NCBI GenBank assembly: GCA_963789955.1
Contig: CAWBMV010000012.1
Span: forward strand, 256,001-320,000
Length of the DNA stretch: 64,000 nt
Source: an uncultured Candidatus Rokubacteria bacterium
Lineage (GTDB): Bacteria > Methylomirabilota > Methylomirabilia > Rokubacteriales > CSP1-6
Reading direction: 5' to 3'
Shown: in pieces, positions 54,740-64,000 of the stretch
Layout: each line of letters starts with the position of its first letter
How positions within the stretch are numbered: the first letter of the stretch is position 1
Notes under the pieces: generated by a model
Databases searched by the model: none
What the model saw: the letters and a program-made list of their open reading frames with translations, nothing else
Told to the model about the DNA's origin: nothing
Made by a program: the position numbers and the translations under genes

Positions 54740-55496
54740 ATGGCGCAATTCACGATGCGGGTGTTCCGCGGTGATGCCTCGGGCGGGGGCTTCAAGGACT
54801 ACAACGGTCGAGCCCGAGGAAGGCATGGTCGTGCTGGACGTGATCCACAAGATCCAGGCGACTCAGGCCAACGATCTCGCGTGCCGGTGGAACTGCAAGG
54901 CCGGCAAGTGCGGATCGTGCAGCGCCGAGGTGAACGGCAAGCCCCGTCTGATGTGCATGACCCGGATGGACTTGTTCCAGCCCGGCGACACGATCACGGT
55001 GGCGCCGATCCGGACCTTCCCGCTCATTCGCGACCTCGTCACCGACGTGTCCTACAACTACGAGAAGGCCAGGCAGGTGCCGCCGCTGCGCCTGAAGCCG
55101 CCCGAGCCCGACGGCACCTACCGGATGATGCAGGAAGACATCGATCGCATCCAGGAGTTCCACAAGTGCATCGAGTGCTTCCTGTGCCAGGACGTGTGTC
55201 ACGTGATCCGCGACCACGAGGACAAGAAGCGCGCCTTCGCCGGGCCGCGCTTCTTCATCAAGCTGGCGGGGCTCGACATGCATCCGCTGGACACCCGCGA
55301 CCGCGCGCGCTTCATCACGGATGAGGCGGGAGTGGGGCTCTGCAACATCACCAAGTGCTGCACCGAGGTGTGCCCCGAGCACATCCACATCACCGACAAC
55401 GGGATCATCCCGCTCAAGGAACGGGCGGCCGATGCGGTCGACCCGGTCGTCTGGCTGCTGCGGAAGTTCCGCGGCCAGAAGAGCCAACAGGCCTGA
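54740..55496 (+). CDS. sdhB: succinate dehydrogenase iron-sulfur subunit (frameshift near 54805)
   Basis: CKAGKCGSC, CIECFLCQDVCH, CNITKCCTEVCP. Confidence 0.92.
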
Positions 55497-55506
55497 TCTC
55501 GCGTCC

Positions 55507-56667
55507 GTGAAAATCCACGAGTACCAGGCCAAGGCCCTGCTGCGCGAGTTCGGCGTGCCGGTCCCGGCCGGCGACGTCGCCACCACGCCCGCGGAGGCTC
55601 GAGCGGTTGCCGCGCGCCTGGGCGGCAAGGTGGTCGTGAAGGCGCAGGTGCACGCGGGTGGCCGCGGCAAGGCCGGCGGGATCAAGCTCGCCGACGACCC
55701 GGAGGGCGCCCAGCGCGCCGCGCAGCAGATCCTCGGCATGAAGCTCAAGACGCCCCAGACGCCGCCCGACGGCATCCTCGTGCGCTCGGTGCTCATCGAA
55801 GAAGCCTCGGCCGTCGACCGTGAGCTCTACCTCTCGATGACGCTCGATCGCGCCCGCGCGACCCACGTCGTGATGGCCTCGCAGGCGGGCGGGATGGACA
55901 TCGAGGAGGTCGCCGCACGTACACCCGAGCGGATCTTCCGGGAGTGGGCGCATCCGGCGCTCGGGATCCAGGACTACCAGGCGCGCCGTCTCGCGTACGG
56001 GCTCGGGCTGACGGGCGAGCCGTTCAAGCAGGCGGTCGGCCTGATCCGAAGCCTCTTCGCACTCTACCTCGCGCGCGACTGCTCGCTGGCCGAGATCAAC
56101 CCGCTGGTGGTCACCAAGGACGGGCGCGTGCTGGCCCTCGACGCCAAGCTCAACTTCGACGACAACGCGCTCACTCGGCACAAGGAGATCGCGGCCCTCC
56201 GCGACGTCAACGAGGAAGATCCGCTCGACGTCGAAGCCTCGAAGTACGGCCTGAACTACATCAAGCTCGACGGGAACGTCGGCTGCATGGTGAACGGCGC
56301 AGGGCTCGCGATGGCGACGATGGACATCGTGAAGCTCGCCGGCGGCGAGCCCGCCAACTTCCTCGACGTCGGCGGCGGCGCCTCACCCGAGCAGATCGAG
56401 AACGCGTTCCGCATCCTCTCGTCCGATCCGAGCGTGAAGGCGGTGTTCATCAACGTGTTCGGCGGCATCCTACGCTGCGACCGTCTGGCCGCGGGCGTGA
56501 TCGCCGCCGTCCAGAAGCTCGGGCTGCGGCTGCCGGTCGTGGTGCGCATGGAAGGCACCAACGTGGAGCAAGGCAGGCAGATGCTCGCCGAGTCGGGCCT
56601 GCATCTGACCAACGCCGACGACATGGGGGATGGCGCGAAGAAGGCGGTGGCCCTCGCGCGGGGCTAG
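55507..56667 (+). CDS. sucC: succinyl-CoA synthetase beta subunit
   Basis: [51 protein letters not shown]. Confidence 0.96.
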   Translation: MKIHEYQAKALLREFGVPVPAGDVATTPAEARAVAARLGGKVVVKAQVHAGGRGKAGGIKLADDPEGAQRAAQQILGMKLKTPQTPPDGILVRSVLIEEASAVDRELYLSMTLDRARATHVVMASQAGGMDIEEVAARTPERIFREWAHPALGIQDYQARRLAYGLGLTGEPFKQAVGLIRSLFALYLARDCSLAEINPLVVTKDGRVLALDAKLNFDDNALTRHKEIAALRDVNEEDPLDVEASKYGLNYIKLDGNVGCMVNGAGLAMATMDIVKLAGGEPANFLDVGGGASPEQIENAFRILSSDPSVKAVFINVFGGILRCDRLAAGVIAAVQKLGLRLPVVVRMEGTNVEQGRQMLAESGLHLTNADDMGDGAKKAVALARG

Positions 56668-56980
56668 CCGGTGGCTACCCCTCTTGCTCCTCACGGCCCT
56701 GGTCGTCGCGAGCGCCGGGTGTCGGCGCGGCGACGAGCGAGCCTACGAGGACGCCGTCGCGACGATGTCGATGGTGAAGGCCAAGGCGTTCTTCGAGAAG
56801 TACCCGCAGAGCCCGTACCGGGATCGGCTCGTCGAGGACATGATCCGGTGGTGCCGGCGTGAGGACACCGACGCGTGCTATGAGATCATCGTCAAGACGA
56901 TGCCGACCGATCATCCCCGCTACCAGGAAGTCGCCGACCTCGTCGAGCGTCGGCGCGCCGACAAGCGGCGGAAGCACTGA
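56630..56980 (+). CDS. hypothetical lipoprotein between sucC and sucD
   Basis: Hydrophobic stretch ending in lipobox SAGC, F..KYP.S.Y motif; start uncertain. Confidence 0.6.
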   Translation: MARRRRWPSRGASRWLPLLLLTALVVASAGCRRGDERAYEDAVATMSMVKAKAFFEKYPQSPYRDRLVEDMIRWCRREDTDACYEIIVKTMPTDHPRYQEVADLVERRRADKRRKH

Positions 56981-57853
56981 ATGAGCATTCTGGTCGACCG
57001 GTCGACGCGCGTGGTCGTGCAAGGGATCACCGGCCGTGAAGGCGCCTTCCACGCCGCGCGGTGCAAAGAATACGGCACGCTGGTGATCGGTGGTGTGACG
57101 CCGGGCAAGGGCGGTACGACGCACGAAGGCTTCCCGGTCTGGAACACGGTGGCCGAGGCCGTGGCCAGCGAGGGCGCGACCTGCGCCCTGATCTTCGTGC
57201 CGCCGCCGGCCGCGGCCGACGCGATCATGGAGGCCGCCGCCGCGGAGATCCCGCTGGTCGTCTGCATCACCGAGGGCATTCCGGTCACCGACATGGTGAA
57301 GGCCAAGCACTTCCTGGCCGGCACCAAGAGCCGTCTCATCGGACCGAACTGCCCCGGCGTCATCACGCCGGATCAGGCGAAGATCGGGATCATGCCCGGA
57401 CACATCCACAAGGCGGGACCGGTGGGTGTGGTGTCGCGCAGCGGCACCCTGACCTACGAGGTCGTCGGCCAGCTGACCGGGCGCGGGATCGGGCAATCGA
57501 CGTGCGTCGGGATCGGCGGCGATCCGGTCAACGGCACGACCTTCGTCGACGTGCTGCGGATGTTCAACGACGATCCCGAGACGCGCTCGATCATGATGAT
57601 CGGCGAGATCGGCGGCACCGCCGAGGAAGAAGCGGCCGCCTTCGTCAAGGCCAAGGTGAAGAAGCCCGTCGTCGCGTTCATCTGCGGCCAGACGGCGCCG
57701 CCCGGGCGCCGGATGGGCCACGCGGGCGCGATCATCGCGGGCGGCAAGGGGACGGCGGCTGAGAAAATGAAAGCACTCGAGGAGGCGGGGGCCACCCTGG
57801 TCAAGAGCCCCGCCGACATGGGAGCGACCATGGCCAAGGTGATCGGACGATGA
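56981..57853 (+). CDS. sucD: succinyl-CoA synthetase alpha subunit
   Basis: [37 protein letters not shown]. Confidence 0.96.
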   Translation: MSILVDRSTRVVVQGITGREGAFHAARCKEYGTLVIGGVTPGKGGTTHEGFPVWNTVAEAVASEGATCALIFVPPPAAADAIMEAAAAEIPLVVCITEGIPVTDMVKAKHFLAGTKSRLIGPNCPGVITPDQAKIGIMPGHIHKAGPVGVVSRSGTLTYEVVGQLTGRGIGQSTCVGIGGDPVNGTTFVDVLRMFNDDPETRSIMMIGEIGGTAEEEAAAFVKAKVKKPVVAFICGQTAPPGRRMGHAGAIIAGGKGTAAEKMKALEEAGATLVKSPADMGATMAKVIGR

Positions 57854-58275
57854 GCGCGCAGCGCACCCTCGCCATCGTCAAGCCCGACGCGGTGGCCAAG
57901 CGCGTGGCGGGCAAGATCATCACGCGCATCGAGGAGGCCGGCTTCACGATTCTCGCGGCCAGGCTCGTGCACATGTCGCTCACCGAGGCGCGCGGCTTCT
58001 ACTATGTTCATCGCGCGCGGCCCTTCTACGAGAGCCTCTGCTCCTTCATGGCGCAGGGGCCGTGCCTCTTAATGGTGCTCGAGGGCGAGAACGCGATCCA
58101 GCGCTGGCGCGACCTCATGGGCGCCACCGATCCGGCCAAGGCGGCGTCCGGGACGATCCGAAAGGATTTCGCCTCGTCCATCGAGGCCAACGCCGTGCAC
58201 GGCTCCGACTCGCCCGAGACGGCGGCGGTCGAGATCCCCTACTTCTTCTCCAGCCTCGAGCTCTGCCCGCGGTAA
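57850..58275 (+). CDS. ndk: nucleoside diphosphate kinase
   Basis: [23 protein letters not shown]. Confidence 0.96.
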   Translation: MSAQRTLAIVKPDAVAKRVAGKIITRIEEAGFTILAARLVHMSLTEARGFYYVHRARPFYESLCSFMAQGPCLLMVLEGENAIQRWRDLMGATDPAKAASGTIRKDFASSIEANAVHGSDSPETAAVEIPYFFSSLELCPR

Positions 58276-58282
58276 CCACGCG

Positions 58283-59775
<1,493 letters not shown>

Positions 59776-59779
<4 letters not shown>

Positions 59780-60276
59780 AGTTCGCGGTGACGGTCGGCG
59801 ACACCACCGAGATGGTCGAGGTGAGCGGCGAGGCCGGGCACTACCGGCTGACCATCGGCTCCGAGGTCTGGGAGGTCGACGGGCGTCTCACCGCGCAAGG
59901 CATCTACTCGCTGCTGATCGGCGGGGTGTCCTACGTCGCCGACGTCTGGGACGAGGACGGCGCGTGTGTCGTCGATGTGGGAACGGAGCGCTACGTGGTC
60001 AACGTCGAGGAGCACACCCGCCACATCATCCGCACGAAGGGCGGCGCCGGCGGCGGGCAGGCGGGCCGAACGCTCGTGGCGCCGCTGCCCGGACGCATCG
60101 TCAAAGTCGCGGTGAAGCCGGGCGATCGCGTCGAGAAGGGCGCCACCTTGCTGGTGATCGAGGCGATGAAGATGGAGAACGAGTTCAGGGCCGGCGCCTC
60201 GGGCACCGTCGCCGAGGTTCGGGTCGAGCCCGGTCAGGCCGTGAACGGAGGGGACGTCCTCGTCGTCATCCGCTGA
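59776..60276 (+). CDS. biotin carboxyl carrier protein
   Basis: EAMKMEN biotinylation motif. Confidence 0.9.
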
Positions 60277-60297
60277 GCACCGGGCGGCTCGCCGCCC

Positions 60298-61032
<735 letters not shown>

Positions 61033-61054
61033 GACGGTTTCCCCCGGCTCCCGA

Positions 61055-61750
61055 TCAACGGCTCGGTACGGTTATCTGGGCCTGGAGCCGCTTCACGAGG
61101 CTCGACAGGCCGAAGCTGATCGCGAAGTAGACCACCGCGACGAACAGGTACATCTCCACCAGGCGTCCGTCCCGCTGAGCGATCTTCGAGGCGGCGCCGA
61201 GGAAATCGGTGATGGAGATCACGTACACGAGCGAGGTGTCCTGGAACAGGATGATCGTCTGGGTGAGCAGCACCGGCATCATGTTCCGGAACGCCTGCGG
61301 CAGCACGATGCGTCCCATGGTCTGCCAGTAGCTCAGGCCGAGCGCGTAGCCGGCCCACATCTGCCCGCGCGGGATCGACTGGATGCCGGCGCGCATGATC
61401 TCGCAGTAGTAGGCGGCCTCGAACATCATGAAGGTGACGAGGGAGGAGACGAACGCGCCGACCTGGATCGGCCGGCTCGCCCCGAGCAGCCAGCCGCCGA
61501 TCCAGGGCACCAGGAAGTAGAACCAGAAGATCACGAGCACGAGCGGCGTCGAGCGCATCACGTTCACGTACGCGCCGGCGACGCTCGAGAGCACGCGGTA
61601 GCTCGCCAGCCGCATCATCGCCAGCAGGGTGCCGAAGACGATCCCGCCCGTCATGGCCAGCGCGGTGAGCGTGAGCGTGAAGGTCATGCCCTCCCGGAAC
61701 AGGTAGGGCGCAGTCCGTCGGATGACGTCCCAGTCGAATCCGGTCAGCAC
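61055..61750 (-). CDS. gltK: amino-acid ABC permease (GltK-like)
   Basis: [33 protein letters not shown]. Confidence 0.85.
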   Translation of the reverse strand: MLTGFDWDVIRRTAPYLFREGMTFTLTLTALAMTGGIVFGTLLAMMRLASYRVLSSVAGAYVNVMRSTPLVLVIFWFYFLVPWIGGWLLGASRPIQVGAFVSSLVTFMMFEAAYYCEIMRAGIQSIPRGQMWAGYALGLSYWQTMGRIVLPQAFRNMMPVLLTQTIILFQDTSLVYVISITDFLGAASKIAQRDGRLVEMYLFVAVVYFAISFGLSSLVKRLQAQITVPSR

Positions 61751-61752
61751 GC

Positions 61753-62510
61753 TCAGTGCCCGGCCTGCGGCATCGCCGGTGCCCGCACCGATGAGCCCCG
61801 GCACCGCCAGCCTCCGCTCGAGCCAGCGCATCCCGAGCACCACGACGAGGTTCAGCGCCAGGTAGATGAGGGTGGCCGCCGTGAACGCCTCGAAGACCTG
61901 GAAGCTGAACTCCTGCATCGAGCGAGCGCTGGCCGTGAGCTCGACCAGCCCGATCGTCAAGCGCCACGGCGCTGTTCTTGATGACGTTCAGGAATTCCGA
62001 CGTGAGCGGCGGCATGACGATCCGGATCGCCATCGGCAAGAGGATGTAGCGATAGGTCTGCGGCAAGGTGAGCCCGAGCGCGACGCCCGCCATCCGCTGG
62101 CCACTCGCCAGGGACTGGATCCCGGCACGCACCTGCTCGGCCACGCGCGCCGAGGTGTAGAGGCCGAGGCAGACGACCGCCGTGTAGAACGCTGAGCGCG
62201 GCAGCTGCTTGAGCCAGGTCCCGACCGCGGTCGGCAGGAGCTCGGGCACCACGAAGAACCAGATGAACATCTGGACCAGCAGGGGAACGTTGCGGAACAC
62301 CTCGACCCACGCGTCGCCGAGGCGGCGCAGCCAGTTGACCGGCGTGGTCCGGACCACGCCGACGATCATGCCCAGCGCGAGCGCGATCAGCCAGGCGGCC
62401 AGCGCGGTCGCCAGGGTCCAGCCGAGGCCGGCGATGAGGGTGTCGAGATAGGTGCCGCGCCCGTCCGGCGAGAGCTGCCAGAAGATGCCCCAGTTCCAGT
62501 TGTACTTCAC
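61753..62510 (-). CDS. gltJ: amino-acid ABC permease (GltJ-like; frameshift near 61960, 3' end uncertain)
   Basis: YNWNW..F, FRNVPLLVQ, EQVRAGIQSL..GQ, PPLTSE..N..KNS. Confidence 0.85.
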
Positions 62511-62558
62511 TGGCTCAGCTCCCCGGCCGGACGGGCGCGGCGCGCACGCGGTGTCGAG

Positions 62559-63473
62559 CTACTTGTAGTCGTTCGGGTCGCCGGAGTCCGTGGGCTTGGC
62601 CACCACGTGCTTGAAGACCTCGCTCATCGGCACGTTGAGGTTGATGCCCTTCGGCGGTACCGGCTGCCAGGAACCACTTCGCGTAGATCTTGTTGATCTC
62701 GCCGGACTTGTAGACCTTCGTCATCGCCTCGTCCACGACCTTCTTGAACGACGGATCGTCCTTGCGCAGCATGATGCCGTAGGGCTCGACGGACAGTGCG
62801 TCGGCGGAGATGACCCACTCCGACGGGGTCTTCGAGTTGGCCACCAGGCTGTAGAGCAGGATGTCGTCCATGACGAACGCGACGGCGCGGCCGGTCTCGA
62901 CCATCAGGAACGCCTCGGCGTGATCCTTGGCGGGCAGGATCGTGAGGCCGAGATTCTTCGGGCGTTGAGCTCGGTGATCTGCTTGATGTTGGTCGTGCCC
63001 GAGGTCGAGACGACCGTCTTGCCCTTGAGGTCGTCGAGGCTCTTGAGGTTCGCGGCCTTCTTGCTGACGAATCGGTTGGCCGTGACGAAGTGGGTGATCG
63101 TGAAGGCCACCTGCTTCTGCCGCTCGAGGTTATTGGTGGTCGAGCCACACTCGAGGTCGATCGTCCCGTTCGCCATCAGCGGAATGCGCGTCGCCGAGGT
63201 CACCGGATTGAGCTTCACCTGCAGATTGGGCATCTTGAGCTCGGCCTTCACGGCGTCGACGATCTTGCCGCAGAGGTCCATCGCGTAGCCGATGGCCGCC
63301 TGCTTGTCGTCGAAGTACGAGAAGGGGATCGATACGTCGCGATGCCCGAGCGTGATCGCGCCCGTCTCCTTGATCTTCTTGAGCGTGCCCTCCTGCGCGT
63401 GTGCCGGCGCTGCGACCAGCAGAGCGCACAGGGCGGCCAGGCCAACAGAGACGAAGCTTCTGAGATTGCGCAT
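62559..63473 (-). CDS. gltI: glutamate/aspartate ABC substrate-binding protein (frameshifts near 62960 and 62668)
   Basis: TLKKIKE.G.I.LGHR..SIPFSY, RIPL..NGTIDLECGSTTNN.ERQ, AF.MDDILL. Confidence 0.87.
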
Positions 63474-63647
63474 GTGTCGTGTCTCCTCCGCTACGTGTTG
63501 TTCGGTCCTACCCAATAGGCAAAAGGCCGGATCTTTCCGGAACTCAGCCTGCATCCAAGGGCCCCAGGCGGATCGATTCGCTTTCGTTGTGCGAGCGGCG
63601 CGGGCGGGTGCGCGAAGCACCCGCCCGCGGTCGTGCCGCCGGTCGGC

Positions 63648-64000
63648 TTACTTGATGGCGCCGGCGGTGAGGCCGGAGACGTAGTAGTCGAGGAAGAAGA
63701 CGTAGAGGATCACGATCGGGACCGAGGCGAGGACCGCGCCGGCCATCAGCGAGCCCCAGTAGTAGATGTCGCCGCGGATCAGCTCGGTCGTCACGCCCAC
63801 GCTGGCGGTGATCTGCTCGGACGACGACGTGAACGTGAGCGCGTAGATGAACTCGTTCCAGGAGAGCGTGAAGGCGAAGAGCGCGGCGCACACGAGGCCG
63901 GGCACCGCGATCGGCAGCACGATCCGCCACAGCGCCTGGATGCGCGTCGCGCCGTCGACCATCGCGCACTCCTCGACCTCTTTCGGCACGGTACGGAAGT
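63648..64000 (-). CDS. carbohydrate ABC permease, C-terminal part (5' end outside the window)
   Basis: P.E.EE.A.VDGA (EAA motif), WNEF.YA, G..AGAIK. Confidence 0.88.
   Translation of the reverse strand, partial: FRTVPKEVEECAMVDGATRIQALWRIVLPIAVPGLVCAALFAFTLSWNEFIYALTFTSSSEQITASVGVTTELIRGDIYYWGSLMAGAVLASVPIVILYVFFLDYYVSGLTAGAIK

Noticed and set aside
61055..61960. GltJ-GltK permease fusion
   Set aside because: Probably another indel: a TGA at 61753-61755 sits just before a GTG-LTGFDW start. It cannot be settled without reads.

Overview
A very GC-rich bacterial chromosome segment. Composition and gene repertoire suggest Candidatus Rokubacteria/Methylomirabilota, but that is inference only. 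Roughly 25-30 single-base frameshifts interrupt otherwise intact genes, most likely unpolished long-read errors, so many CDS calls join two or more ORF-track fragments. Blocks from left to right: (1) 1-16.2 kb, a divergent hopanoid locus (hpnN-like MMPL, ino1, hpnM/mlaDFE-like ABC, shc | CruF-like, hpnH, hpnG-like, hpnA, hpnD, two Zn-dehydrogenases, ispH) containing a 6x42-bp hairpin tandem repeat. (2) A threonine synthase-like gene and an EF-G paralog. (3) 19.7-34.1 kb, a sulfur-oxidation island: MBL-rhodanese, YeeE/YedE, flavocytochrome c, TauE, NrfC-NrfD fusion plus Mo-enzyme, soxYZ, fused soxXA, soxB, no soxCD in the window. It ends in a TlpA-like thioredoxin with an in-frame UGA at the first CxxC position and a SECIS-like hairpin, i.e. 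a probable hidden selenoprotein and the best find here. (4) LysR, an uncalled 8-Cys microprotein and a short isocitrate lyase. (5) Lower-GC hypotheticals and a FecR/DUF6600-like protein. (6) A scattered, non-canonical SDH/FRD-like trio interleaved with TPP, SnoaL, M20 and creatininase-family genes. (7) A TCA operon (mdh, split fumarase with monomeric icd inserted, actinobacterial Sdh1-type SDH, sucCD, ndk, biotin carboxylase/carrier). (8) A Glu/Asp ABC transporter and part of a sugar ABC permease. No rRNA, tRNA, CRISPR array or transposase was recognised. All family calls come from motif recognition by eye, not database searches.
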